Source: an uncultured beta proteobacterium (GTDB lineage Bacteria; Pseudomonadota; Gammaproteobacteria; Burkholderiales; Burkholderiaceae_E). Taken from it: 64,000 nt of DNA. Positions 50,164 through 64,000 of this stretch are shown piece by piece. Under the pieces are notes generated by a model. It was not told the DNA's origin and did not search any database. It worked only from the letters and a program-made list of their open reading frames with translations. Position numbers and translations under genes: made by a program. The stretch's first letter is position 1. Every line of letters starts with the position of its first letter. The stretch spans positions 38,888 through 102,887 of the forward strand of contig CAIZNI010000013.1 in NCBI GenBank assembly GCA_903934295.1. The letters are read 5' to 3'.

Positions 50164-51480
50164 ATGAACCTGCAGGAACTGATCGAGCCCGACCGCGTGC
50201 ATCGCAGCGTCTACACCGACCCGGCGATCTTCGATCTCGAGATGGAACGCATCTTCGAGCGCACCTGGGTGTACTGCGGACACGAAAGCCAGGTCCCGCG
50301 CACCGGCGACTACCACACGTTGAACATCGGCCGCCAGCCGATGATCATGGTGCGCGACCGCGACGCCTCGATCCGGGTGCTCTACAACCGCTGCCCCCAT
50401 CGCGGTGTCGAGCTGTGCGGCAACCAGAGCGGCAACACCGGCAACGGTTTCGTCTGCTCCTACCATGCCTGGTCCTTCCATCTCGATGGCAAGCTGCGTG
50501 CGCTCCCCCTGGCCAAGGGCTACGAGGGCACCCGGCTCACGCGGGACAATCCGGATTGCAATGTGAAGGCCGCGGCGCGCGTCGACAGCTATCGCGGCTT
50601 CGTGTTCGCCAGTCTGGTGGCCGAGGGCCCCGGGCTGCTCGAGTTTCTGGGCGAGGCCCGGGTCGCCTTCGACGACATGTGCGACCGCTCGCCGGTGGGC
50701 GAGGTCGAGATCGTGCCGCACTGCCATCGGGTCATGCAGCACTCGAACTGGAAGTTCTTCATGGAGAACCAGCTCGACGCCTTGCACCCGTCGGTCACCC
50801 ATCAGTCGACCGGCGTGCCGGCACGCCGGGTCGAGCAGCGGGTCAGGGCCGAAGGCGCGACGCCGCCGCTGCACTTTCATTACCTGTCCACCTTCGCCTC
50901 CAGCTTCGACCAGTGGGACAGCGTGCAGACGGTGAACTTCCCGCATGGTCACGGCATCCTGAAGGGCTACATGGGATTGCGTCCCACCGACGCCGACACG
51001 CTCGAGCACGAGGCGCAGCTGCGCGAGGCCTATGGCGCGCAGAAGGCCGAGGAGTTCCTGTCGCGCAACATTCACCACGTGCTGGTGTACCCCTATCTCT
51101 CGGTTCAGTCGCCGCTGCAGCAGCTGCGCTGTCTGCGTCCGCTGGCTGCGGACCGAACCCTCTCCGAGATCTGGCACTTCCGGCTCAAGGGCGCGCCCGA
51201 GGCGATCTATCGCCGTTCGATGTGGTATTTCAACCTGGTCAACTCACCGGCCACTCCGATCAATGCCGACGACCTCGAGAACTGGACCAAGGCGCAGTGG
51301 GGCCTGCAGTCGCGCGGCGGCGAATGGGTCAGCCTGCACCGCAACATGGGCGGCGACACCGAAGTCGACGGCGTCCTGATGTCGAACAACGGCACCTCGG
51401 AAGTCGTGATGCGAAACCAGTTCCGGGCGTGGTCCGACTACCTGTCCGATGACCCCACGACGGAGTCCACCGATGCATGA
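50164..51480 (+). CDS. Rieske aromatic ring-hydroxylating oxygenase alpha subunit
   Basis: NRCPHRG..CSYH (Rieske ligands), NWK..EN..DALHPSVTH (Fe ligands), DDLEN. AGGAG RBS. Confidence 0.93.
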   Translation: MNLQELIEPDRVHRSVYTDPAIFDLEMERIFERTWVYCGHESQVPRTGDYHTLNIGRQPMIMVRDRDASIRVLYNRCPHRGVELCGNQSGNTGNGFVCSYHAWSFHLDGKLRALPLAKGYEGTRLTRDNPDCNVKAAARVDSYRGFVFASLVAEGPGLLEFLGEARVAFDDMCDRSPVGEVEIVPHCHRVMQHSNWKFFMENQLDALHPSVTHQSTGVPARRVEQRVRAEGATPPLHFHYLSTFASSFDQWDSVQTVNFPHGHGILKGYMGLRPTDADTLEHEAQLREAYGAQKAEEFLSRNIHHVLVYPYLSVQSPLQQLRCLRPLAADRTLSEIWHFRLKGAPEAIYRRSMWYFNLVNSPATPINADDLENWTKAQWGLQSRGGEWVSLHRNMGGDTEVDGVLMSNNGTSEVVMRNQFRAWSDYLSDDPTTESTDA

Positions 51481-52165
51481 TCCGCACGCTTCCGGCGCCA
51501 CCGCCGGCGCCGCTTCCACACCCCTCGCCGGCGCCGCATCCACCACGGTGGGCAAGGCGCTTGACGGCGGCGTGGTGATCAACGCTATCGAGTCGATGAC
51601 CGGCGCCGAGTCGATCGCACCCGATCACAGCGGCCGCGGCCGGCCGGCGATCCAGGGCACGCAGTACGTGCCGGCGATGGCCGATGCGGGCGGGGACCTG
51701 CGCCTGGCGGTCGAGGGACTGCTGTTCCGGCAGGCGGCGCTGCTCGATGCCAAGTGCTGGCAGCAGTGGATCGACCTGTTCACGCCCGACGGTGTCTACT
51801 GGATGCCGATCGCCCAGGAGCAGACCGACTGGGTCGGCCAGCCCTCGATCTTCGCCGAGGACAAGCTGATCATGGAGATCCGCATGGGCCGGCTGACCCA
51901 TCCGAACGCCTGGTCGCAGGCGCCGATGTGGGGCACCAGTCATTTGATCGGCAATGTGGTGCTCGAATCGGTGAGCGACGAGCGCATCGAGGTCTGCTCG
52001 CGTTTCCAGATGATGGAGTTGCGCCGCGACACGGTGCGCCATTTCGGCGGCACCTACCGGCACACGCTGCTGCGCACCGCCGAGGGCCTGCGGATCGCGC
52101 TGCAGCGCGTCGATCTGATGAACGGGCAGGCGGTGTACGACTACGTGTTGCAGGCCTGGGTCTAG
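51473..52165 (+). CDS. Ring-hydroxylating oxygenase beta subunit with an N-terminal extension
   Basis: ALLD..WQQWIDLF..DGVYWMP, WSQAP..TSHLIGNV, RVDLMN. Confidence 0.88.
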   Translation: MHDPHASGATAGAASTPLAGAASTTVGKALDGGVVINAIESMTGAESIAPDHSGRGRPAIQGTQYVPAMADAGGDLRLAVEGLLFRQAALLDAKCWQQWIDLFTPDGVYWMPIAQEQTDWVGQPSIFAEDKLIMEIRMGRLTHPNAWSQAPMWGTSHLIGNVVLESVSDERIEVCSRFQMMELRRDTVRHFGGTYRHTLLRTAEGLRIALQRVDLMNGQAVYDYVLQAWV

Positions 52166-52208
52166 ATTGTCAGTTTCGCCTCAAGAAGGCGTCAGCGCCC
52201 CCCGGCTG

Positions 52209-52255
52209 ACTCCCCCTCGGAGCCGGATGCCGGCCGCCAATTCCTGAGGGGGAGT
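52209..52255 (+). promoter_or_regulatory. Stem sequestering the Shine-Dalgarno of the MHS transporter
   Basis: ACTCCCCCTC (52209-52218) is the perfect complement of GAGGGGGAGT (52246-52255), 5 nt before ATG 52260. Confidence 0.45.
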
Positions 52256-52259
52256 GTCA

Positions 52260-53930
52260 ATGCCGTCAACAGTCAGCAGCGCCAGCGCGAACGGGTCGCA
52301 GGCGATGACCGCCGAAGAAAAGAAAGTCATCTTCGCGTCGTCGCTGGGCACCGTCTTCGAGTGGTACAACTTCTACCTGTACGGCACGCTCGCCGTCATC
52401 ATCGGCAATCAGTTCTTTTCCGCGCTCGACCCGGCGTCGCGCACCCTCTTTTCGCTGCTGACCTTCGGCGCCGGCTTCATCGTCCGTCCCTTCGGCGCGC
52501 TGGTGTTCGGGCGGCTTGGCGACATGATCGGACGCAAGTACACCTTCCTGGTCACCCTCCTGATCATGGGCGTGTCGACCTTCATCGTCGGCGTGCTGCC
52601 CAACTACGCCTCGATCGGCATTGCCGCGCCGGTGATCCTGATCATCCTGCGCCTGCTGCAGGGCCTGGCGCTGGGCGGCGAATACGGCGGCGCCGCGACC
52701 TGTGTCGCCGAGCACGCGCCGCACGGCAAGCGGGGTGCCTTCACCGCCTGGATCCAGACCACCGCGACACTGGGACTTCTCCTGTCGCTGCTGGTGATTC
52801 TGGGTGTGCGCTCGGCGATCGGTGAGGCCGCATTCGCCGACTGGGGCTGGCGGATTCCGTTCCTGGTGTCGATCGTCCTGCTCGGCATCTCGGTCTGGAT
52901 TCGGCTGAGCATGAACGAGTCGCCCGCCTTTCGGAAAATGAAGGAAGAGGGCAAGACCTCGAAGGCGTCGCTGACCGAGTCGTTCGGCCAATGGAAGAAC
53001 CTGAAGCTCGTCATCCTCGCGCTGGTCGGTCTGACCGCCGGCCAGGCCGTGGTCTGGTACACCGGGCAGTTCTACACGCTGTTCTTTCTGACCGGCGCGC
53101 TCAAGGTCGACGGCGCCACCGCCAACCTCCTGATCGCGATCTCGCTGATCATCGGCACGCCCTTCTTCATCGTGTTCGGCACGCTGTCCGACCGCATCGG
53201 CCGCAAGCCGATCATCATGGCCGGCTGTCTGATCGCCGCGCTGACCTACTTCCCGCTGTTCAAGGCGTTGACCGAGGCGGCCAATCCCGATCTTGCCGCG
53301 GCCCAGGCCAAGAACAAGGTGACGGTGACCGCCGATCCGAAGGAGTGCTCTTTCCAGTTCAACCCGACCGGTACCGCCAAGTTCACCAGTTCCTGCGACA
53401 TTGCCAAGCAGGTGCTGTCGGCAAACGCGGTCAGTTACGAGAACGTGGCGGGCGCCGGCCCGGCGATGATCTCCATCGGTGACAGGTCGATCGTCTCTTT
53501 CTCATCGGCGGGCCTGCCGGCCGATGAGGCCAGGACGCTCGACGCGCAGTTCAAGCAGGCGGTCAGCATCGTTCTCAGGGAAGCCGGTTACCCGACCAAG
53601 GCCGATCCGGCGAAGGTGAACAAGCCGCTGATCGTGGCGATCCTCACGCTGCTGATGATCTACGTGACCATGGTCTGCGGTCCGATCGCGGCCATGCTGG
53701 TGGAGATGTTCCCGACCCGGAGCCGCCACACCTCGATGAGCCTGCCGTACCACATCGGCAACGGCTGGTTCGGCGGGCTGCTGCCGGCCACCTCGCTGGT
53801 CATCGTGGCGCAGACCGGCAACCTGTACAACGGGCTGTGGTACCCGATCGCCATCGCGCTCGTCACCTTCGTGATCGGCATGCTGTTCGTGCGCGAGACC
53901 AAGGACGTCGACCTCTTCAAGCACGACTGA
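52260..53930 (+). CDS. MFS metabolite:H+ symporter (MHS) family transporter
   Basis: ASSLGTVFEWY, RPFGALVFGRLGD, LQGLALGGEYGGA, WGWRIPF, SLPYHIGNGWFGG. Confidence 0.9.
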   Translation: MPSTVSSASANGSQAMTAEEKKVIFASSLGTVFEWYNFYLYGTLAVIIGNQFFSALDPASRTLFSLLTFGAGFIVRPFGALVFGRLGDMIGRKYTFLVTLLIMGVSTFIVGVLPNYASIGIAAPVILIILRLLQGLALGGEYGGAATCVAEHAPHGKRGAFTAWIQTTATLGLLLSLLVILGVRSAIGEAAFADWGWRIPFLVSIVLLGISVWIRLSMNESPAFRKMKEEGKTSKASLTESFGQWKNLKLVILALVGLTAGQAVVWYTGQFYTLFFLTGALKVDGATANLLIAISLIIGTPFFIVFGTLSDRIGRKPIIMAGCLIAALTYFPLFKALTEAANPDLAAAQAKNKVTVTADPKECSFQFNPTGTAKFTSSCDIAKQVLSANAVSYENVAGAGPAMISIGDRSIVSFSSAGLPADEARTLDAQFKQAVSIVLREAGYPTKADPAKVNKPLIVAILTLLMIYVTMVCGPIAAMLVEMFPTRSRHTSMSLPYHIGNGWFGGLLPATSLVIVAQTGNLYNGLWYPIAIALVTFVIGMLFVRETKDVDLFKHD

Positions 53931-53955
53931 GGACGCGGGCCCGACCCGGCCTGAG

Positions 53956-53990
53956 CGGCCCCGTCACCGAAGGGTGACAGGGCCGTTTTC
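53956..53990 (+). terminator. Intrinsic terminator-like hairpin
   Basis: cggccc-c-gtcacc-gaag-ggtgac-a-gggccg followed by TTTT. Confidence 0.6.
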
Positions 53991-54062
53991 ACAGGAGCCT
54001 GGATCGACTGCCGTTGCGCCGGCGCCGATTTTTGCTGCACTGCACTGTTACACTCCGCAGCC

Positions 54063-55934
54063 ATGAGCGAGACCTCCGGCAAGCGGGCACTGGGCGCGAC
54101 GACACTGGCGGCGATCGGCGTCGTCTACGGCGACATCGGCACCAGCCCGCTCTATGCGTTTCGTGAAGCGTTCAGCGGCAAGCACGGCATTCCGCTGACT
54201 GCCGAGAACGTGTTCGCGGTGCTCTCGATGATGTTCTGGGCGGTCACCCTCATCGTGTCGCTGAAGTACGTGGTGGTGATGCTGCGCTTCGACAATCGCG
54301 GCGAGGGCGGTGTGCTGGCGCTGCTGTCCTGGGCAGCCAACATCGTGCGCCATCGGCCGTCGTTGCTGTGGCTGGTCACCGTGATGGGTGCGTTCTCCGT
54401 GTCGCTCTTTTACGGCGATGCGGTGATCACGCCGGCCATTTCGGTGTTGTCGGCTGTCGAGGGCATCTCGGTCGCGATCCCGGGTGCGGAGCATTTCGTG
54501 GTGCCGATCGCGCTGGCGGTGCTGATCGGTCTGTTCAGCATTCAACGCCGCGGCACTGCGGCCGTCGGCGCCTTCTTCGGCCCGATCATGATCGTCTGGT
54601 TTCTTGCGCTGGCCGGTCTCGGGCTGGCCAGCATCATCCAGACCCCGCACATTCTCCAGGCGCTGTCGCCGGTGCATGCGCTGCGATTCATCGTCGAGCA
54701 TCCGGGCTGGGCCTTTCTCGCCAGCGCGGCGGTTTTTCTCTGCCTGACCGGGGCCGAGGCGCTCTATGCCGACATGGGTCATTTCGGTCCCCGTCCAGTG
54801 CGCATTGCCTGGTTTGCGATGGTGTTTCCGGCGCTGATGATCAATTACTTTGGCCAGGGTGCGCTGGTGCTGCGCGATCCCGAGGCGGTGCGCAATCCCT
54901 TCTATCTGCTGGCGCCGCCCGGGTTGCTGCTGCCCCTGGTGCTGCTCGCGATGGCGGCCACGGTCATCGCGTCGCAGGCGGTGATTTCCGGCGCCTTTTC
55001 CGCCACCCAGCAGGCCTCGCGCCTCAATTTCCTGCCGCGCCTGCGCGTGCACCACACCTCCGACACCGCGCGCGGTCAGGTCTACATTCCCCTGGTGAAC
55101 TGGGGCCTGCTGATCCTGGTCATCCTGCTGGTGATCGGGTTCCGCAATTCCGACAGCCTGGCCGCGGCCTACGGCATCGCGGTGGCCGGCGATCTCTTCC
55201 TGTCCAGCGTGATCCTGCTGGTGGCGCTGGGCTTCACCAACGGCGCGCGCCGCGCGCTGTGGCCGCTGTTCCTGGTGCTGGCGGCGATCGAGCTTTTTTT
55301 CTTCGCCAGCAATGCTTCCAAGGTCCTGGACGGCGGCTGGTTTCCGCTGGCGCTGGCGGCGGTGGTGTTCACCGTGCTGACCACCTGGCGCCGCGGCACC
55401 GACATCCTGCGCGCCAAGAAGGAGGCCGGCGCGCACGCGCTGGACGACGGGCTGAGCCTGCCGCTCGATGACGTGCCCCGGGTGCCGGGCCATGCGGTGT
55501 TCTTCAGTTCGTCGCGCGGCGGCTGTCCGGCGGCTTTCCTGCACAACCTGAAGCACAACCATGTGGTGCATGAGACCACCGTGTTTCTCACCGTCGAATT
55601 CGACGATGTGCCGCGGGTGCGCGACGATGATCGGGTGGAGATCCAGCGCGGGGCCAACGGCATCATCCGCCTGATTGCCCACTTCGGTTTCCGCGAGGAC
55701 CCGGACATCGAACTGCTGCTGCGCCTGGCGGCCCGCCGGGGCCTGCAACTGGCAGTCGAGACGACCTCGTTCTTCACCAGCAAGCCGACGGTGGTATCGG
55801 TGTCGCGCCGGGGTGTGTTCGGCTGGCGGCGCTCGCTGTTCGGCTGGATGCTGCAGAACAGCGCGAGCGTGGCCAGCTACTTCAACCTGCCGCCCAACCG
55901 GGTGGTCGAACTCGGCGCCCAGGTCGGCATCTGA
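54063..55934 (+). CDS. kup: Potassium transporter Kup
   Basis: VVYGDIGTSPLY, DNRGEGG, TPAISVLSAVEG, EALYADMGHFG, HNLKHN. Confidence 0.95.
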   Translation: MSETSGKRALGATTLAAIGVVYGDIGTSPLYAFREAFSGKHGIPLTAENVFAVLSMMFWAVTLIVSLKYVVVMLRFDNRGEGGVLALLSWAANIVRHRPSLLWLVTVMGAFSVSLFYGDAVITPAISVLSAVEGISVAIPGAEHFVVPIALAVLIGLFSIQRRGTAAVGAFFGPIMIVWFLALAGLGLASIIQTPHILQALSPVHALRFIVEHPGWAFLASAAVFLCLTGAEALYADMGHFGPRPVRIAWFAMVFPALMINYFGQGALVLRDPEAVRNPFYLLAPPGLLLPLVLLAMAATVIASQAVISGAFSATQQASRLNFLPRLRVHHTSDTARGQVYIPLVNWGLLILVILLVIGFRNSDSLAAAYGIAVAGDLFLSSVILLVALGFTNGARRALWPLFLVLAAIELFFFASNASKVLDGGWFPLALAAVVFTVLTTWRRGTDILRAKKEAGAHALDDGLSLPLDDVPRVPGHAVFFSSSRGGCPAAFLHNLKHNHVVHETTVFLTVEFDDVPRVRDDDRVEIQRGANGIIRLIAHFGFREDPDIELLLRLAARRGLQLAVETTSFFTSKPTVVSVSRRGVFGWRRSLFGWMLQNSASVASYFNLPPNRVVELGAQVGI

Positions 55935-56019
55935 GGCGCGGGCACCCGGTCGCGCACCGGTACAATTGCCCCCCGGCCCGCCGACGGCGCGGACCGTTCC
56001 TCCCAACCACCGCAGCGAC

Positions 56020-60314
<4,295 letters not shown>

Positions 60315-60380
60315 TCCGCGCGATGAGCCGGAGGAGACACCGGCGCCCGATAACGAACAAGAGAGCCGAGCAGGGATTCC

Positions 60381-61445
<1,065 letters not shown>

Positions 61446-61551
61446 TCCCTGCGGATGAACGGTCGACCGAGTCGGCCGATCTTTTCCCCGAGGCGGCGTT
61501 CATGCAATCGCCGCCCACTTTTTGTTGCGATCACCACCGAGGAGACAACCC

Positions 61552-62868
61552 ATGACCCAGATCAAGCGTCGCGAGTTTCTGAAATCCACCGCGGGTGCCA
61601 CCGCGGGCGCTGCCATTGTCGGCGCGCCGTCGGTCCATGCTCAGGCGGCCTGGAACAACCAGCCTGAAAAAGGCGCCAAGCTTCGCGTGCTGCGCTGGAA
61701 GCGTTTCGTGCAGGGTGATGAAGATTCGTACATGGCCAACGTCAAGGCCTTCTCGGCCAAGTACGGCATCGAGGTCCGGGTCGACAACGAAGGCTGGGAA
61801 GACGTTCGTCCCAAGGCGGCGGTGGCGGCCAACGTGGGCAGCGGCCCGGACATCGTCCTGTCCACCAATGACGATGCCAACCTGTATCCCGACAAGCTGG
61901 TCGATGTGACCGACCTGTGCGACTACCTGGGTAAGAAATACGGCGGCTGGTATCCGGCCTGCGAGGCCTATCTGCGCCCCGACGGCAAGCGCTGGATCGG
62001 CGTGCCGCTGGGCGCGGCTGGCGGCATGATGGTCTATCGTGAAAGCCAGGTGAAGGCGGCCGGTTTCGACAAGTTCCCGCGTGACACCGACGGCTTCCTG
62101 AAGATGTTCAAGGCGCTCAAGGAAAAGGGCACGCCGGGCGGCATGGCGCTGGGCAACGCGACCGGCGACAGCGGCTGGACGAGCTGGCTCATCTGGGCCT
62201 TCGGTGGCCAGATGGTCGACAAGAACAACAAGGTCATCATCGACAGCCCCGAGACCATCAAGGCACTCGAGTACGCCAAGGAGCTCTACAGCACCTTCGT
62301 TCCGGGCACCCTGTCGTGGCTCGACCCGAACAACAACAAGGCCTTCCTCGATGGCCAGGTCAGCGTCACCAACAACGGCATTTCGGTCTACTACGCGGCC
62401 AAGAATTCGCAGGATCCCAAGGTCAAGGATCTGGTCAACGACATCCAGCACTCCCCGTTCCCGGTCGGTCCGGTCGGCGTGCCCACCGAGTCGCACCTGT
62501 TCTTCAACCAGATGATCTTCAAGTACACCAAGTACCCGAAGGCGGCCAAGGAGTTCCTGCGCTTCATGATGGAGCAGGAGCAGTTCAATGCCTGGCTGCA
62601 GGGCAGCGGCGGCTATGTGTCGCAACCCCTGCGCGCCTACGAGGCGAACAAGATCTGGACGGTCGACGCCAAGCACACCCCGTATCGTGACGCGACCAAG
62701 AACCTGCGGCCCTCCGGCTATGCGGGCAAGCTGGGTTACGCCTCGGCGGGCGCGCTGGCCGACTTCATCGTCGCGAACATGGTGGCCGAGGCGGCCAGCG
62801 GTTCGAAGACGGCGAAGGAAGCCGCCGAACGCGCCCAGAAGCGCGCCGAGCGCTACTACAAGGTCTGA
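61552..62868 (+). CDS. Carbohydrate ABC substrate-binding protein, Tat signal
   Basis: KRREFLK signal, GGAG RBS, operon context. Confidence 0.9.
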   Translation: MTQIKRREFLKSTAGATAGAAIVGAPSVHAQAAWNNQPEKGAKLRVLRWKRFVQGDEDSYMANVKAFSAKYGIEVRVDNEGWEDVRPKAAVAANVGSGPDIVLSTNDDANLYPDKLVDVTDLCDYLGKKYGGWYPACEAYLRPDGKRWIGVPLGAAGGMMVYRESQVKAAGFDKFPRDTDGFLKMFKALKEKGTPGGMALGNATGDSGWTSWLIWAFGGQMVDKNNKVIIDSPETIKALEYAKELYSTFVPGTLSWLDPNNNKAFLDGQVSVTNNGISVYYAAKNSQDPKVKDLVNDIQHSPFPVGPVGVPTESHLFFNQMIFKYTKYPKAAKEFLRFMMEQEQFNAWLQGSGGYVSQPLRAYEANKIWTVDAKHTPYRDATKNLRPSGYAGKLGYASAGALADFIVANMVAEAASGSKTAKEAAERAQKRAERYYKV

Positions 62869-62994
62869 CGGCGGGACATTCCCCACCCGGCGCGACCGGC
62901 GGGCACCGGCTGATCCCTGCGGGGGTCGGCGGTGCGCCGCAGCGGCCTGAGTGCCGACGCGCCGCCCTCATACCCCTAGCAGTCGGAAGAGCCA

Positions 62995-63900
62995 GTGTCA
63001 TTACTCGCGCGTCTTCAAAACAGTCGCAACGGACTGGGCATCGCATTCATGCTGCCCGCTGCCGTGCTGCTGATCCTGTTTCTGACTTACCCCCTGGGGC
63101 TCGGCGTCTGGCTCGGTTTCACCGACGCCAAGATCGGTCGCGCAGGTGTGTTCGTGGGCCTGGAGAACTACGAGTTTCTCTACAGCGACCCGGTCACCCG
63201 ACAGGCACTTTTCAACACCCTTTTCTACACCATCGTCGCGAGCATCTTCAAGTTCCTGCTGGGCCTGTGGCTGGCCCTGCTGCTGAACAAGGCGATGCCG
63301 CTCAAGACCTTCATGCGAGCGGTGGTGCTTCTGCCCTGGATCGTGCCGACCGCGCTGTCGGCGATCGCGTTCTGGTGGCTCTATGACGCGCAGTTCTCGG
63401 TGTTCAGCTGGTTCCTGATGAAGATCGGCGTCATCGACCACTACATCGACTTCCTGGGTGATCCCTGGAACGCGCGCTTCGCCACCATCGCGGCCAATGT
63501 CTGGCGCGGCATTCCCTTCGTGGCGATCTCGCTGCTGGCGGGCCTGCAGACGATCTCGCCCTCGCTGTACGAGGCGGCGGCGATCGATGGCGCCACGCCC
63601 TGGCAGCGCTTCCGTTTCGTGACGCTGCCGCTGCTGACGCCGATCATCGCGGTAGTGATGACTTTTTCGGTGCTGTTCACCTTCACCGATTTCCAGCTGA
63701 TCTACGTGCTCACCCGCGGCGGTCCCCTGAACGCCACCCACCTGATGGCCACGCTGTCCTTCCAGCGCGCGATCCCCGGTGGCGCAATGGGCGAGGGCGC
63801 GGCGCTCGCGACCGCGATGGTGCCGTTCCTGCTGGGCGCAATTCTGTTTTCTTATTTCGGCCTGCAGCGGCGGGCCTGGCAGCAGGGGTCTGATCGATGA
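62995..63900 (+). CDS. Carbohydrate ABC permease
   Basis: WRGIPF, LYEAAAIDGA, LTRGGP. Confidence 0.92.
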   Translation: MSLLARLQNSRNGLGIAFMLPAAVLLILFLTYPLGLGVWLGFTDAKIGRAGVFVGLENYEFLYSDPVTRQALFNTLFYTIVASIFKFLLGLWLALLLNKAMPLKTFMRAVVLLPWIVPTALSAIAFWWLYDAQFSVFSWFLMKIGVIDHYIDFLGDPWNARFATIAANVWRGIPFVAISLLAGLQTISPSLYEAAAIDGATPWQRFRFVTLPLLTPIIAVVMTFSVLFTFTDFQLIYVLTRGGPLNATHLMATLSFQRAIPGGAMGEGAALATAMVPFLLGAILFSYFGLQRRAWQQGSDR

Positions 63901-64000
63901 GCAACAAGAACAATGAATCGGTCGGCATGGACTTTCTCGATAGCCTGCCGCGGCGATGGGTCACCACCTACATTCCGATCCTCATGTTCCTGTTCATCCT
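63897..64000 (+). CDS. Second carbohydrate ABC permease (5' fragment, runs off the window end)
   Basis: ATGA overlap with the previous permease; MSNKNNESVGMDFLDSLPRRWVTTYIPILMFLFI. Confidence 0.75.
   Translation, partial: MSNKNNESVGMDFLDSLPRRWVTTYIPILMFLFI

Overview
High-GC bacterial chromosome window whose gene order and protein motifs fit a betaproteobacterium, probably Burkholderiales (inference). About 1-23.4 kb is core housekeeping: partial gshA, gltX, a Bug/TctC receptor, aroC-MFS-M48, leuCDB-asd-fimV-truA-trpFBA-accD-folC-dedD-cvpA-purF, then tRNA-Ser(GGA). About 23.5-54 kb is an accessory stretch with no integrase or transposase. It holds a 1455-aa hybrid kinase whose phytochrome-like sensor has lost most bilin-binding residues; a MarR/PLP-aminotransferase pair with a visible double operator; a CoA ligase + Cys-less thiolase-fold + DUF35 + methyltransferase module; lemA with an M48 protease; a LacI-controlled sugar-type ABC importer with a cytoplasmic sulfatase and formylglycine-generating enzyme; an aromatic-acid-type ABC importer; LysR with Rieske oxygenase alpha/beta but no electron-transfer genes; and an MHS transporter with altered conserved residues. 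kup, parE-parC and a sugar ABC operon close the window. Several short tandem duplications sit exactly on start/stop junctions, including a 29-bp triplication that creates two translationally coupled 10-aa mini-ORFs. No CRISPR array, rRNA or mobile element was seen. All family calls come from motif recognition by eye, not database searches.
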